Below are positions 20,605 through 32,252 of a DNA stretch of 64,000 nt, piece after piece; position 1 is the stretch's first letter; every line of letters starts with the position of its first letter. A program made the position numbers and the translations under genes. Under the pieces are notes generated by a model. It was not told the origin of the DNA, ran no database searches, and saw nothing but the letters and a program-made list of their open reading frames with translations. The DNA comes from Candidatus Kerfeldbacteria bacterium RIFCSPLOWO2_02_FULL_42_19 (GTDB lineage: Bacteria > Patescibacteriota > Patescibacteriia > HO2-48-17), in the NCBI GenBank assembly GCA_001818315.1, contig MHKF01000013.1:14612-78611 (forward strand), given 5' to 3'.

Positions 20605-20676
20605 GGCCCCATCGTCTAGTGGTTAGGACATCAGGTTTTCATCCTGGAAACGGGGGTTCGACTCCCCCTGGGGTCG
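20605..20676 (+). tRNA. tRNA-Glu(TTC)
   Basis: GGCCCCA/TGGGGTC acceptor, anticodon loop TTTTCAT. Confidence 0.95.
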
Positions 20677-20677
20677 C

Positions 20678-21142
20678 CTACATCAACTTTTTTTGAAAAA
20701 GTTTCACCCAATAGCCCAGGACTCCAGCAACCACCGCAACATTCAGAGATGTTTTGCTTCCGAACATAGGAATGTGTACTACGGCGTCAGCGAGTTCGAG
20801 AATTTTGTTATGATGTCCTTCACGTTCAGGACCAAATACGAGCGCAACACGGTTCGGCCAAACTATATTTCGCATATCAATACTTGAATCTGTTTTTTCT
20901 GCCGCAAAAATTTTCACGCCTTGAGCTCGCAGTTCCTTAAACACGACACCCAGTTCCCATGATTTTTCCCATGCAACGAAATTTTCCGCACCTAAGGCAG
21001 TCTTGTGAATTTCCGGATGCGGTGGAATCGGTGTAATTCCACATAAATAAACGTATGCTACCGAAAGAGCATCTGCGGTGCGAAAAATAGAACCCACATT
21101 GAATCGACTACGAATATTATCGAGAATAAAATAGAGTTCCAT
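20678..21142 (-). CDS. SpoU/TrmH family RNA methyltransferase
   Basis: LDNIRS.FNVGSIFRTAD, LVFGPEREG, IPMFG.K.SLNVAV. Confidence 0.93.
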   Translation of the reverse strand: MELYFILDNIRSRFNVGSIFRTADALSVAYVYLCGITPIPPHPEIHKTALGAENFVAWEKSWELGVVFKELRAQGVKIFAAEKTDSSIDMRNIVWPNRVALVFGPEREGHHNKILELADAVVHIPMFGSKTSLNVAVVAGVLGYWVKLFQKKLM

Positions 21143-21224
21143 AAAATTTGAACTCGAATAGCCTTCACTTTACCTATACTATGCGCGAGTTGTATAATAA
21201 TGACAAGAGTTTTATTTCAAAACA

Positions 21225-21773
21225 ATGTCAGAAGAAAAACAAACATTTGTTCAGCGTTTACAATCTTTGAGTGAAGTTGACTTTGATGATGTCGAAGACG
21301 CTGAAGACTTTTTTAGTAGACAAGCAGCTGAGACTGCTCAAGCAAATCTCAGTGCGCAAACAGTAAAAACCTCAGGTCAGGCATCCGAACCTCAAGATGA
21401 AGGACTTGAACGTTGGCTTTCGGAGACAAGTTTTGATGGCCAACTTGCGGTCGATGTATTCCAAACATCGCAACACATCGTCATTCAATCAACTATTGCC
21501 GGAGTACATCCTGAAGACGTTGATATTTCCTTCCATAATGACACACTCACGATCAAGGGTTTACGCAGAAAACCTGTAACTATTCCGGAAGAAGATTATC
21601 TCTATAGTGAATGCTACTGGGGAGGTTTTTCACGTTCCATTATTCTACCAGTTGATGTTCATGAAGATAAAATTGCGGCGCAGATGGAAAATGGCGTGTT
21701 GACAATCACTATTCCAAAAAAAGAAACTGCAGATTCACGTAAAATTCGAGTGAAAGAAATTCCTCTTACATGA
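21225..21773 (+). CDS. Hsp20/alpha-crystallin small heat-shock protein
   Basis: VDVFQT, ECYWGGFSRSIILP, ENGVLTITIPK. Confidence 0.93.
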   Translation: MSEEKQTFVQRLQSLSEVDFDDVEDAEDFFSRQAAETAQANLSAQTVKTSGQASEPQDEGLERWLSETSFDGQLAVDVFQTSQHIVIQSTIAGVHPEDVDISFHNDTLTIKGLRRKPVTIPEEDYLYSECYWGGFSRSIILPVDVHEDKIAAQMENGVLTITIPKKETADSRKIRVKEIPLT

Positions 21774-22036
21774 GTACCACACCCAATCATCTTCCGTATA
21801 CTCTCCATGTTACTGTTGAATCAGAGACTGTACAGAAAGTGATTCTTATCACAGAAGACGGTGATCGCATTGAATGGCCGAAACATGCTTTTCCACAAGC
21901 AATATTGAAAGGCGCAAAACTTACGATTGCGATCGTCAGCGATGAGATCAATCAGAAGGAGAGAGAAAAAATGGCGAAACAAATTTTGAATACGCTCCTA
22001 AAAACTCAGGAGGAGCCGCCGACGTCCCATCAATGA
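21770..22036 (+). CDS. Small hypothetical protein (DUF3006-like)
   Basis: ATGA-coupled to hsp20; WPK..P..I.KG and AKQILNTLL pattern common in CPR. Confidence 0.6.
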   Translation: MSTTPNHLPYTLHVTVESETVQKVILITEDGDRIEWPKHAFPQAILKGAKLTIAIVSDEINQKEREKMAKQILNTLLKTQEEPPTSHQ

Positions 22037-22070
22037 GAAAGAGGGTGAGAGATATACTGAAAAATAATGT

Positions 22071-23996
22071 ATGACAGCAAAAAAAGACCGTCAACACAGT
22101 CGAAAGTTTCATATTTGGTTAGGCACCCGTATTCTTATATGCGTTGCGATATGTATCGTCATCGCTCTTATCATCGCTACCGCATATTTTATTTTTTTTC
22201 AGAATTATCAACAGAAAATTTTTCCAGGCGTACAAGTTGCTGATTACCAACTCACTGGCTTTACGGCAAAAGAGGCGCTTGAAATGCTTGAGGTTCCAAC
22301 TGAAATCATACAAACACAGGGTTTGAAATACCAATGGCAAGATTATCAAGTGGCTGTCACTCCAACGATTGGCGGCGCTGATGAAGGTTCTTTTTCCTAT
22401 GATTTTATTACTTTCGACCTCAATACCACCGTGGCTCACGCCTATGCTGTTGGACGCAAGGGAACGTGGTCACAGAATATTCAAGAACAGTTACAAAGTT
22501 TGCTTTTTAGAAAAGCAATCCCTTTGGAATATACGATGGATCAAAAAGAACTTGTGAATATTCTCACAGAAAATTTTCAAGAATTTGAACAGCCGGCGAA
22601 AGACGCGCAACTTATTTTCGTTGATCATGAAGCGCGTGTACAGGAGGAATTTATTGGCAAAACTTTTGATTATCCGGCGCTTGTCATGACAACGAACGAA
22701 CATCTTCAGGACCTGAATACAGAACCTATCTTTCTTTCTTACATCGACGACGCACCACGTATCAAAACTAACGAAGCAAAAGAGCTTCTGACCGAAGCTC
22801 AAACGCTCGTGACCCTTGCACCCCTCACTCTCCATCATGAAGATCGTTCTTGGTCTATAACACAAGATAATTTAGAAAAGGCATTAGCGTTTCGATATAA
22901 TTCGAATGCGGAGATTTCACTCACGCTTGATTCTGTATTTTTTCGAGATTATCTGCAGAATATAGCGAAAGAAGTTTATGTGTCCGCGAAAGAAGGGAAA
23001 TTCGAAATTCGAGATGGAACTATGGTACAAATTCAGGAAAGTCAACTTGGAAAAGAAGTTGATATTGAAGCGAGTCTTGAAAAAATTTCCCAAGTTGTGA
23101 CACAAGAAAAACAATCTGACATTCAACTCGTGATGAAGGAAACAAAACCAAAAGTTACGGCCGAAAATGTCGATGATCTTGGTATTGTAGAAAAAATTGG
23201 AGAGGGTCGTTCCAATTTTGCAGGAAGTCCACGCAATCGCATTCTCAATATTAAGCACGGGGCTTCGAAACTCCACGGCATTTTGATAGCGCCCGAGGAA
23301 GAATTTTCTCTTGTTCGTGCCCTGCAGCCGTTTACTTTAGAAGATGGCTGGCTTCCCGAACTCGTTATTAAAGGAAATAAAACTGTGCCGGAAATTGGCG
23401 GTGGGGGGTGTCAACTTGGTACGACTACGTTTCGTGCGACGATGGGCAGCGGACTTCCTGTGACTGAAAGGCGAAGTCATTCATATGCTGTTTCCTATTA
23501 TTTTGAAAAATTCGATGCTGGGAAAGCAGTGCCAGGTACTGATGCAACGATCTACGAACCTTCTCCTGATTTTCGTTTTGTGAATGATACCGGTAATTAT
23601 ATTCTTTTCCAAACACGCGTCGAAGGGACCGAGCTGATTTTTGAATTCTGGGGTAAAAACGATGGACGTACGTCAGCGCGCACCAAACCAGTCATCTCGA
23701 ATTGGACCGCCCCGCCGCCGCGGAAAGAAATTCCCACCCCTGATCTTGCCCCGGGAGAAGTGAATTGTATTGAAAAACCGCACGCCGGTCTGAATGCGAC
23801 GTTTGATTACTTTGTAACGCTTACGAATGGAGAAACACGAAAGCAAACTTTTGATAGTCGTTATAAGGCTTGGCAGGAAGTGTGTCTTGTTGGCGTGACG
23901 CCTGCAGAAAAACCTCAATCTCAGTCTCAAGAGACTCCTAAGAACAATAATAACAACACGAATAAAAACCAGAATAACAATGCAAAAAAACAATAA
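22071..23996 (+). CDS. VanW family protein with peptidoglycan-binding domains
   Basis: N-terminal TM, SNFAGSP.NR..NI, GGGGCQLGTTTFR, ERRSHSY, DATIY. Confidence 0.9.
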   Translation: MTAKKDRQHSRKFHIWLGTRILICVAICIVIALIIATAYFIFFQNYQQKIFPGVQVADYQLTGFTAKEALEMLEVPTEIIQTQGLKYQWQDYQVAVTPTIGGADEGSFSYDFITFDLNTTVAHAYAVGRKGTWSQNIQEQLQSLLFRKAIPLEYTMDQKELVNILTENFQEFEQPAKDAQLIFVDHEARVQEEFIGKTFDYPALVMTTNEHLQDLNTEPIFLSYIDDAPRIKTNEAKELLTEAQTLVTLAPLTLHHEDRSWSITQDNLEKALAFRYNSNAEISLTLDSVFFRDYLQNIAKEVYVSAKEGKFEIRDGTMVQIQESQLGKEVDIEASLEKISQVVTQEKQSDIQLVMKETKPKVTAENVDDLGIVEKIGEGRSNFAGSPRNRILNIKHGASKLHGILIAPEEEFSLVRALQPFTLEDGWLPELVIKGNKTVPEIGGGGCQLGTTTFRATMGSGLPVTERRSHSYAVSYYFEKFDAGKAVPGTDATIYEPSPDFRFVNDTGNYILFQTRVEGTELIFEFWGKNDGRTSARTKPVISNWTAPPPRKEIPTPDLAPGEVNCIEKPHAGLNATFDYFVTLTNGETRKQTFDSRYKAWQEVCLVGVTPAEKPQSQSQETPKNNNNNTNKNQNNNAKKQ

Positions 23997-24215
23997 AAAG
24001 CCGGAAAACAGCAGACAAGGATGCATTCTTAAGAGAAACGTTGAGCGCAAAGCCCGACATAACCTTTAAAAATGATCCCGCTTGTCGTGTCTGCTGGTTT
24101 CCAGCCTTTTTTATGAGGAACTGTGCAATTTCTGTGAATGACAAACAAGCATAACATACATGTTATTTTTTGTCAAGATTTCGAAAAAACCCTCAATTTG
24201 GTATCCTCACAACAT

Positions 24216-25235
24216 ATGGATGATCCTGTTATTATGCCTCTCGAACAAGAGGAAGACAAAACTTTAGAACGAACTCTTCGTCCGAAAACAATCCGTGACT
24301 ATTTTGGACAAGAACGTGTCAAAGAAAATCTCCGTATCTTTATGGAAGCAGCGAGACAGCGAAAAGATGTTCTTGAGCATGTTCTATTGTATGGCCCACC
24401 GGGTTTAGGGAAAACAACACTTGCATATATTATTGCTCGGGAAATGAGCGTGAATATCAAGGTGACTTCTGGACTTGCTATTGAGCGGTCTGGGGATCTT
24501 GCCGCTATCCTAACGAGTCTTGAGAAAGGCGATGTTTTGTTTATTGATGAAATTCATCGTTTACGACGCCTCATTGAAGAAGTACTCTATCCCGCTATGG
24601 AGGAATTTTCCCTTGATCTTGTGGTAGGTAAAGGTCCTGGAGCAAAAACGCTCCGTCTCGATCTTCAAAAATTTACCCTCATCGGTGCTACGACGCGCAT
24701 GAGCTTATTATCTTCTCCGCTCCGTGATCGCTTTGGCAATATTTTTCGTATAGAATATTATGAAGATAAAGAAATAACGCAGATTCTTAAACGCTCGGCT
24801 CGGATTCTGAAAGTCGAATTGCCAGAAGATGTTGCGGCGTTACTTGCAAAGCGCTCGCGGAAGACGCCTCGAGTTGCGAATCGTCTCCTCAAACGCGTAA
24901 GAGACTACGCGCAAATTCGAAACAATGGAAAAATCATACGCGCGCTGGCTGAGGAAGCTCTCTCAAAACTTGCGATCGACCACATGGGTCTGGATTTTAC
25001 CGATAGGAAAATTTTGCAGACGATTATTGAAAATTTTCAAGGCGGACCTGTAGGGCTCGAGACAATTGCCGCAATAACCGCCGAAGAATTGGAAACGATT
25101 GCTACGGTGCATGAGCCATTTCTTCTGCAAATGGGCCTCTTAGCTCGAACGACGCGAGGAAGAATTGCAACACATGCAGCTTACGCTCATTTACATAAAA
25201 TCGCGCCTGTTGAACTTCAAACAAAACTTTTATAA
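24216..25235 (+). CDS. ruvB: Holliday junction branch migration helicase RuvB
   Basis: [35 protein letters not shown]. Start at MDDP. Confidence 0.98.
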   Translation: MDDPVIMPLEQEEDKTLERTLRPKTIRDYFGQERVKENLRIFMEAARQRKDVLEHVLLYGPPGLGKTTLAYIIAREMSVNIKVTSGLAIERSGDLAAILTSLEKGDVLFIDEIHRLRRLIEEVLYPAMEEFSLDLVVGKGPGAKTLRLDLQKFTLIGATTRMSLLSSPLRDRFGNIFRIEYYEDKEITQILKRSARILKVELPEDVAALLAKRSRKTPRVANRLLKRVRDYAQIRNNGKIIRALAEEALSKLAIDHMGLDFTDRKILQTIIENFQGGPVGLETIAAITAEELETIATVHEPFLLQMGLLARTTRGRIATHAAYAHLHKIAPVELQTKLL

Positions 25236-25239
25236 ACCC

Positions 25240-25509
25240 ATGGAAATACCTGCTTTTATCATCCTTATTGTTTACGGGGTCATCGTTTTCCTTTTTTGTA
25301 TACTCGCCTTCTTTAATATCTATCATGCCATCCGTTTCGGGATTTTCGATACTGCTGTAAAATTCGTCACACTTATTTTTATTCTTGTATCCTTGGGGAT
25401 ATTCTTTATTACAGGACTTTTTCTTGCTGAAAGTCATTGGAGAGACGCGAAATTCTTTATTGATATCCCTACCTTTTCTGCGGATACTTCCAAAAATGTA
25501 CGTAACTAG
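25240..25509 (+). CDS. Small two-TM membrane protein
   Basis: Two hydrophobic helices around FNIYHAIRFG. Confidence 0.65.
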   Translation: MEIPAFIILIVYGVIVFLFCILAFFNIYHAIRFGIFDTAVKFVTLIFILVSLGIFFITGLFLAESHWRDAKFFIDIPTFSADTSKNVRN

Positions 25510-25510
25510 T

Positions 25511-26080
25511 ATGTCAAACATACAGAAAATACACTTTCCAGGACAACACCACAATGAACGTATCTTCCTTGTGATTCGTAGACACTGGCTCATGTTTGCA
25601 AAACATGTTTTTTGGCTTCTCTTTATGGCGGCTCTCCCGATTCTTATTTTGCTGCTTATTAATATTTTTCTGACTGATTTTTTTGTGCCCGATGATTTTT
25701 TTACTATACTCATCGTTTGTGGCGTCTCGACTTATTATTTATTTATCTGGGTGTTTTTCTTTCGTGATTTTCTTGATTTTTATCTCGATGTTTGGATTCT
25801 CACTGATGAACGTATTGTGAGTATTGAACAATTAGGTCTTTTCCACCGAGTTGTTTCTGAGGTCAATCTTACAAAGATTCAAGATGTTACGAGTATCGTC
25901 AGAGGAGCGTTTGCAACCTTCTTTAATTATGGCGAAACACATATCCAATCCGCTGGCTCTGAAAAGCGTTTTATTTTCCGACAAATACCGGACCCTAACG
26001 GCATTGCTCGTACGATCTTAACTTTGCATGATAGCGCTCGCCAAAGTTCCGATCAATACCATGAAACTCGCCCTCTTTAA
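25511..26080 (+). CDS. Membrane protein with bacterial PH domain
   Basis: IRRHW, two TMs, DVWILTDERIVSIEQ.GLF, IQDV, FNYG..IQSAG. Confidence 0.85.
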   Translation: MSNIQKIHFPGQHHNERIFLVIRRHWLMFAKHVFWLLFMAALPILILLLINIFLTDFFVPDDFFTILIVCGVSTYYLFIWVFFFRDFLDFYLDVWILTDERIVSIEQLGLFHRVVSEVNLTKIQDVTSIVRGAFATFFNYGETHIQSAGSEKRFIFRQIPDPNGIARTILTLHDSARQSSDQYHETRPL

Positions 26081-26107
26081 TTATCAATTTTTCTATGATC
26101 AAAATGT

Positions 26108-26143
26108 ATTTTTCACAGACGAAAGCGTATTCGGTGACATCTC
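26108..26143. repeat. Solo MITE end (arm A)
   Basis: TTTTTCACAGACGAAAGCGTATTCGGTGACATCTC, between convergent genes. Confidence 0.7.
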
Positions 26144-26192
26144 CAAAATAATTTCGCTTTTATTTTTGGGACACGGTGCTTACCAAAACAAC

Positions 26193-28124
26193 TTACCAAC
26201 CTCCACCGCCGCCACCGCCACCTCCTCCAGACCCACCGCTACCGCCAAAACCAGATGAACTACTCGGTGCGTGCGATGCCGAAGCAATTGAAGACGAAAA
26301 ACTATTGCCGAGCGAAGATGCAAACAGCGCAGGGTTTATCGCCTGAAAGTTTGCGCCTGCATACCACATAGGAGTGTAGGTTGCTTCTTCCTGACTTGCT
26401 TTTACAAGGACATCGGTAAATTGTTCTGCCCACGCATGTTCGACATCGAGCGCAATGGCATACGGTAAGTATTTTTCAAAAAGTTCAGGGGTACGCTCCG
26501 GTGGATTATGAAAATTCAGACGATCCTTTTCGGTCATCGAAAGGAAAAGTCTAAAACCTTCAATTTCATCAACAAGCTTTCGACCTGCAAATGTTCGTTG
26601 TCGCAACACTCGGTAAAAAATCGCGTGTATTCCGACGCTTGCGAAAACAACGAATCCAAGCCACAGCGATGCTTCTTGGTAGAACGCAACAATGAGAATA
26701 ATACCTACCCCCGTGAGTACAAGGTTCAAACAACCCGAAGCGAAAACTGCAAATATGTAATGCCGACGCTTTGCTTTTTGAAATCGGGCGAGCCGGATGA
26801 GCCTCAAACTTTGTTTGATGAGTAGTGCGTTTATAAAAATGAATGCGATGATGATTCCACTTCCGAATGCTGTAAGATTTCCCTGTGAGGTTAACATAAA
26901 TCCGATAACGGAAGTGCTGAGAGAAATAAAAACTCCTAAGAGAAACCACGGGATGTTGAGTCGAAAAAATTCTGATTGTAAGCGATCTCGTAAAATCTTT
27001 TTGAGTGTTTTTTGAGCCTCGCTGATAATAAGATGATTGGTGTTTTTGAGTTTTAAAGAGCGATGTCCGCTTGGAAAAAGTTTATCCAAAAATTTTTGCT
27101 CTTCTTCATACAGCTTCGCGATGTCGTCACGTATGCGATGAACGGTATATGTGTGCTGTTTTTCTTCGATTCTGAGTATTCCCTTGACGCACAGATCAAT
27201 AAGAGTGGCAGCGAAAATTTTGTTATCATAGCGCATATGTGCCACAAAGCGTAATGCGGCTGGAGAGAATTGTTGCGGTGGAGTATACTGTGGCACGATT
27301 ATATTACGACGTGGATCGCGTCCAACACATACCCACGCAATAATATAATAAATAACGAGGATAAGAAAACCGACACCGGCAATGAGGAGTCCACGATTGT
27401 CAGTGAGAAAATATTGCCAACGCAATTGCTGTGAAGGTTCTGCTATAAAACCTTTAGGCCATCCTACGACGATAGTCAAACCTTCTCCGTTATGCAACAT
27501 GCGTATTGCAGTAAAATGGAGTGTATTGTCCGCTGCTTTTTCAAATGTATAATCTGTGCCGCGATCACCCGTTGATCCTGTATAGGCAGTAGTCGTGATC
27601 TTTTCGAACGGCACTGCAGAAGGTAGGTGCACAAAAGCTTCAGCTTTTTCAATAGGGAATGCCCAATCATTCCCTGTAACGTTCCAATACAGTTCATCGT
27701 GCGTTTCAAAAAATCCCAATTGTCTGTCAGTCGCATATGTGATGCTGTAAGTATAAACTCCTGGTTTCAAAAAAACGTTTTCTTCTCCGATATACAGCCG
27801 TTTTCCATTTGCAAGTGTCTCGAGAAAATAAGGTTCTGGCTTATTATCTTTGAGAACTTTTTGAACCTGGAAACTCACGCTTTTATGAAAGCCACGATCA
27901 CGATACAACGTGGGGAAATCACGAAAAATTCCTCGCTTGATACTGTCACCGATCGCAAATACTTGTATCGTTTCCGTTACAATCATCGAGCCATCTTCCT
28001 GAACGGTAATGTCACTTGTAAAGGAAAAGATACGTTCAGAAATAGCGTGCGCTTGCGAAATCAAAAGGAATACAAAGAAAACAAGACTCAATAGAACAGA
28101 TATTTTATAACCCTGTTTCAACAT
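26193..28124 (-). CDS. DUF2207 family membrane protein
   Basis: [35 protein letters not shown]-terminal GGGGGGGW. Confidence 0.92.
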   Translation of the reverse strand: MLKQGYKISVLLSLVFFVFLLISQAHAISERIFSFTSDITVQEDGSMIVTETIQVFAIGDSIKRGIFRDFPTLYRDRGFHKSVSFQVQKVLKDNKPEPYFLETLANGKRLYIGEENVFLKPGVYTYSITYATDRQLGFFETHDELYWNVTGNDWAFPIEKAEAFVHLPSAVPFEKITTTAYTGSTGDRGTDYTFEKAADNTLHFTAIRMLHNGEGLTIVVGWPKGFIAEPSQQLRWQYFLTDNRGLLIAGVGFLILVIYYIIAWVCVGRDPRRNIIVPQYTPPQQFSPAALRFVAHMRYDNKIFAATLIDLCVKGILRIEEKQHTYTVHRIRDDIAKLYEEEQKFLDKLFPSGHRSLKLKNTNHLIISEAQKTLKKILRDRLQSEFFRLNIPWFLLGVFISLSTSVIGFMLTSQGNLTAFGSGIIIAFIFINALLIKQSLRLIRLARFQKAKRRHYIFAVFASGCLNLVLTGVGIILIVAFYQEASLWLGFVVFASVGIHAIFYRVLRQRTFAGRKLVDEIEGFRLFLSMTEKDRLNFHNPPERTPELFEKYLPYAIALDVEHAWAEQFTDVLVKASQEEATYTPMWYAGANFQAINPALFASSLGNSFSSSIASASHAPSSSSGFGGSGGSGGGGGGGGGGW

Positions 28125-28127
28125 ATT

Positions 28128-30407
28128 TTAATACCATTCTTGTAACGCTACGCCAGTGTAATAATACGTAAGGATCCAATCCCAACTTTTTCCCTCGTTT
28201 GCAAAATGGCGTGCTCCAGCTGCGCTCATGCCAATCCCGTGACCGAGTAATTCTTTTTCTGTACAACAAGGATCCGGTACAGAAACAAGCCACGGTTTTG
28301 GTCCGCCAGCCCACACTTCTTCCCATGCTCGTGTACGCCCATCGCTTTGTGAAAAATAAGGAGTTACGACTACTTCACCTTGATATGTTACGACTCTGCC
28401 ACTTGTTTCTTTCGCGGCTTTGGCAATATTCGATGCGCGACTCTCGAATCCAAAGCCACGGTATAATTGATCTGCGGCCGTTGCAGTGAGTAAAAAAGGT
28501 GCACCGGCATATTTTGTTGGATTTTGATAATGATACAGTGCGTATGTTCGCGCAGCAGTCATGAGTGCTTTGAGATAATCCACGTCGTTTTCATTACCTG
28601 CTTCTGCAATGCCGTAGAGATAGGATTCAAGCGGAAGTTCATTCACAACCCACAATGTTTGCGTTTTATTATTCACAACAAGTTCGAGAGCGCCTCGAAA
28701 AGTATTATCATTCAATGCCGCATTCCAAGGTGGCCGATTTTCATAATTCACAATTTCGATGACTCCCTTTTTCGCTTCACTCGTCACTCGAAAAGGTTGC
28801 GGATCACTATAGCTGCGATCAGCGATACTTGCGGTATAGACTGCGTTCTGATAATTCAATACAACGATAGTGTCCTCTGAGAACGTCTCGAGGATTTCAC
28901 CGTTTGTTCTTTGTAACGTCAATGTACCGTAAAAACTTTTCATCTGCACTGAATTTTGTGGTTCATAAAGTCCAATGCGAATATTTGGTTCATTCGCTGC
29001 TTTTTTCGTGTTGCCTGGTTTTTGTTTGACGATGACAGGTAATCTTACATGCCCACCGGAAATCCATGTGAGATTTTCACTCACGATGTGAAAATTTTCA
29101 ACATAGTTTCCTTGCGTTTCTGGTGCTTTGAGTGCGGAAGTAAATCGTCCAATTTCTCCTGGCGTTACTTTTTTCTGATCAAGCCGTGTTGGACGATAAG
29201 GAAATTCTTTCCAGGATTCGTGCTGAAAGGGACTCGTTCGACCGCTTGGATCAGCAACATTTAACGCGATAAAATTTTCGCCGTCATTATACCATGGAGA
29301 ACGACCGGTATTTTTGAACTCGACCCAAAATGTAAATGCCTGACCAGGTGTAATATTCATGGTATCGAAACTCTGACTCACCTTTTTTGCGCTATAGAGT
29401 GGCGGTGGATCGTTTACTTTAATTTTGAGTGTTACTTCCCCTCCCGGGATCCAAAGGAGGTTTTCAGCAACGAGTGCAAATGATTCTTCAAAAGTACCGC
29501 CCGCATCCGGCGCTTGGAGTGCAAAAAAAATACGCGTCGTTTTCCCTGGAGGTACTTCGTTATCTTTCATTATTGCCGGCCGAAAAGATTTTGGCCAAAA
29601 CATATGATGAAAAAAACTTTCACGACCGGCTGGGTTTGTGACATTCAGTGCGATAAAATGCTTTCCGGTAGATCGCCATGTTTCGGTGCCAGTATTTTGA
29701 AAATCCACCCAAAATGTTGCTGCTTTCCCGGCATCAATGTGGAGAGTCTTGTAACTTTCTGCGATTTTTTTTGACTGCCATTTTTTTGATGTGACGGCAG
29801 CTTTGTTTTGTATATTATTTTGAGTATGTTTCGTTTTGCTTGGCTGTGTTCTATTGTGTTGGAGCTGGGGTTTTTTTTGAGACTGTGGAAACGTGACTGA
29901 AGTCAATAAAACATGTGTGGCATAGGTATGCGCGAGATTTTCCCAATCTGCGCGAGCGAGCGGGAGCGTAGATTCATGTGAGTTAGGTTCACTGGATCGT
30001 GTTGGTTTATTTCTTTGTACATCCAAGGGTCTGAGTGAACGTTGTTCCTGAATACGTATGAGAGGAAGTGCCGGCGGCGCGCCATATGTTCCAATATATC
30101 CTTGCGAGAGAATATCGGAAATTTGTTTGTCAGTAGTGATGTTTGGACGAGTATTTTTATTGTTTGTGGAATGAGCGATAGAGGGCTCGACGCTCATTGC
30201 TTCAAAAGAATTTTTTGCCAAGGACTCATGTTGCAACCCCAGCACAATGCTTACAAGACTTATAACACCAAAACAGGCTATAAAAAAAGAAAGAACATGC
30301 CCAAAAACATTGAGTTGCGGTTGAAGCACTCGGCGTCTTCGAAAATTTTTCTGCCGGTGCGGCCACACACAAACTGCACGAACAACAAGTTTGTGTTTCT
30401 CTTGCAT
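28128..30407 (-). CDS. SpoIID/LytB domain protein with two NBR1-like Ig domains
   Basis: Two F.N.G...W...L.AP..G.Y.E.F Ig repeats; VVNELPLESYL.G..E, LKA..AARTYA, GHG.GMS..GA. Confidence 0.9.
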   Translation of the reverse strand: MQEKHKLVVRAVCVWPHRQKNFRRRRVLQPQLNVFGHVLSFFIACFGVISLVSIVLGLQHESLAKNSFEAMSVEPSIAHSTNNKNTRPNITTDKQISDILSQGYIGTYGAPPALPLIRIQEQRSLRPLDVQRNKPTRSSEPNSHESTLPLARADWENLAHTYATHVLLTSVTFPQSQKKPQLQHNRTQPSKTKHTQNNIQNKAAVTSKKWQSKKIAESYKTLHIDAGKAATFWVDFQNTGTETWRSTGKHFIALNVTNPAGRESFFHHMFWPKSFRPAIMKDNEVPPGKTTRIFFALQAPDAGGTFEESFALVAENLLWIPGGEVTLKIKVNDPPPLYSAKKVSQSFDTMNITPGQAFTFWVEFKNTGRSPWYNDGENFIALNVADPSGRTSPFQHESWKEFPYRPTRLDQKKVTPGEIGRFTSALKAPETQGNYVENFHIVSENLTWISGGHVRLPVIVKQKPGNTKKAANEPNIRIGLYEPQNSVQMKSFYGTLTLQRTNGEILETFSEDTIVVLNYQNAVYTASIADRSYSDPQPFRVTSEAKKGVIEIVNYENRPPWNAALNDNTFRGALELVVNNKTQTLWVVNELPLESYLYGIAEAGNENDVDYLKALMTAARTYALYHYQNPTKYAGAPFLLTATAADQLYRGFGFESRASNIAKAAKETSGRVVTYQGEVVVTPYFSQSDGRTRAWEEVWAGGPKPWLVSVPDPCCTEKELLGHGIGMSAAGARHFANEGKSWDWILTYYYTGVALQEWY

Positions 30408-30514
30408 ATTTTTTTATTTTTGTTTTCCGAATCAAACTAATTTAATTTTAGCATAAAAATGCTTAAGAGTCAAAGTAATCATAGGTACATTCAAATCCCT
30501 CTGCATCATATTTT

Positions 30515-30697
30515 GGGACTGTCGTCGAATACGCTTTCGTCTGTGAAAGTGAATTTCAATCATAGAAAAAAGAGGAGGAAGACTCTCGCTTTCGAAGCAC
30601 TGACAGGGCACAGTGTGCTGAGAAAGGAGAGTCTTCCTCCTCTTTTGATGATCACGATTTCTTTTTCACAGAAGAAAGCGTATTCGGCGACAGACCC
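30515..30697. mobile_element. MITE-like fold-back element (arm A - GCAC core - arm A), 183 bp
   Basis: GGGACTGTCGTCGAATACGCTTTC/GAAAGCGTATTCGGCGACAGACCC termini, perfect AAAAGAGGAGGAAGACTCTC internal stem. Confidence 0.85.
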
Positions 30698-30761
30698 CAT
30701 GAATACATTTCTGTCATTTTTTTCGACATTATTTATAATATAGATATCACGCTGTCGTGTA

Positions 30762-30777
30762 TGTTCCACGTGGAACA
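30762..30777. promoter_or_regulatory. parS site 1
   Basis: Perfect palindrome TGTTCCACGTGGAACA (canonical ParB/Spo0J site). Confidence 0.88.
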
Positions 30778-30947
30778 TTGAGTACCATGAAATTGGTTTA
30801 GCAACTAGCCCCAGGGAATGAAATTTTTTGTGCGCATGTTGAATGACCCTATGCTAAGAGCGTAAGGAAAAAACAAGTGATATGCGCTGATCAATTTCAT
30901 GGTGCACTTCAATTGTAAATTTTTAGAGAATATCGAATTGAAATACT

Positions 30948-31676
30948 ATGGATCTCGAAGTTGTACTCAAAACTCTCGGTCTTTCTGCGAAGGAGGCCAA
31001 AATTTATCTCGCTTGTTTACAGTATGGGGAGTTGAATGTATCAAAAATTGCACAGTTTTCTGGACTCAAACGTTCAACATGCTATGCAATTCTCGAGGGA
31101 CTTGTTACGAAAAAGCTTGTTATAAGTCCTACGATGTCTGACAAAAAGCGATATCATGCTGTTGAACCAGCCGAGCTTTTGTTCCACGTGGAACATCAGA
31201 AACAACTTCTCGAGCAATATCTTCCAACGTTCAATTCACTTGCATTCCAAGAGGCACCTCACTTTGGAATTCTATCTGGATCGAGTGGACTGCCGTTTCT
31301 TCAAAAACAGATAGAATCCCAATCGCTTGTGTATATTGTCGGTTCATTTCACACTGTGACTCCATTGCTGCGCAATCTGATGCTTGGATTATTCTCCCAA
31401 ATGAAGACGGGTGCCGGAAAAATACATCTGTACCTTCCTCCATTACCTCATGACATTGCTTTTTCTGAACAGCATGCCGACAATTTTCAAATACGTTTTG
31501 TTCCACGTGGAACAATTTTTGACAGTTTTAGTATTATTTCCGAATTTTTTTGCGCAACATTTATTACAAATAAAAGTGACATGCAGATCATTTTTTTAGA
31601 ACATAAAGGAATTATGAAAACATGGTGGCAGATGCTTCAGCTCATGGATAATGTTTTGTCTGTAAAAAAGGCTTAG
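30948..31676 (+). CDS. TrmB-family HTH transcriptional regulator
   Basis: LKTLGLS.KEAKIYLA.L..G..IA...L.RST.Y.IL..L..K.LV...Y.AVEP. Confidence 0.85.
   Translation: MDLEVVLKTLGLSAKEAKIYLACLQYGELNVSKIAQFSGLKRSTCYAILEGLVTKKLVISPTMSDKKRYHAVEPAELLFHVEHQKQLLEQYLPTFNSLAFQEAPHFGILSGSSGLPFLQKQIESQSLVYIVGSFHTVTPLLRNLMLGLFSQMKTGAGKIHLYLPPLPHDIAFSEQHADNFQIRFVPRGTIFDSFSIISEFFCATFITNKSDMQIIFLEHKGIMKTWWQMLQLMDNVLSVKKA
31180..31195. promoter_or_regulatory. parS site 2 (intragenic)
   Basis: TGTTCCACGTGGAACA within the TrmB CDS (encodes FHVE). Confidence 0.85.
31499..31514. promoter_or_regulatory. parS site 3 (intragenic)
   Basis: TGTTCCACGTGGAACA within the TrmB CDS (encodes VPRGT). Confidence 0.85.
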
Positions 31677-31702
31677 AAATATGCCATGTTTCGGAAAACT
31701 AA

Positions 31703-31874
31703 GGGACTGTCGTCGAATGTTATTTCTTGTTCAATATACAAAACAAAGGAGGCGGATGAGAACTTTCGAAGCACTGACAATGCACAGTGTGCTTCGAAAG
31801 TTCTCATCCGCCTCCTCTTTTGCTTATGACTAAAATTCATTTTCACGAGTGAAAGCGCATTCGGTGACAGTCCA
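31703..31874. mobile_element. MITE-like fold-back element (arm B - GCAC core - arm A)
   Basis: GGGACTGTCGTCGAATG left end, CATTCGGTGACAGTCC right end, GGAGGCGGATGAGAA/TTCTCATCCGCCTCC stem. Confidence 0.85.
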
Positions 31875-31955
31875 CTCAAGGATACCGCGAAGCAATGCAA
31901 TCTCATTTGAGTTGATTCGATATATTCAACGAGTGCCGAAGGTGTTTTGCAATAG

Positions 31956-32118
31956 GGGTCTGTCGCCGAATACGCTTTCGTCTGTGAAATCGTAGAATTT
32001 CGTGACAGAACCGCTGAATAAATTTTGAGGTTTATATAGAATATAAGCTGAAAAATTTTGAAGCGATGCTGGCCGAAATGCTACGATTGCAACAGAAATG
32101 GTATTCGGCGACAGACCC
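31956..32118. mobile_element. MITE-like fold-back element (arm A - AT-rich core - arm B), 163 bp
   Basis: Perfect 18-bp TIR GGGTCTGTCGCCGAATAC, flanked by AATAG direct repeat. Near-identical to 9641-9803. Confidence 0.9.
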
Positions 32119-32252
32119 AATAGGGAGATATTGAGCTTTGATATCAATGAACCTTCGCGCAAAAAGCTGATGCTGTATTCTCAACTTCAAAACGCATATT
32201 TTTTACATTTGTGGCAAAAAATTGTTTTGTATCGTATTCATTTCAAACAGAT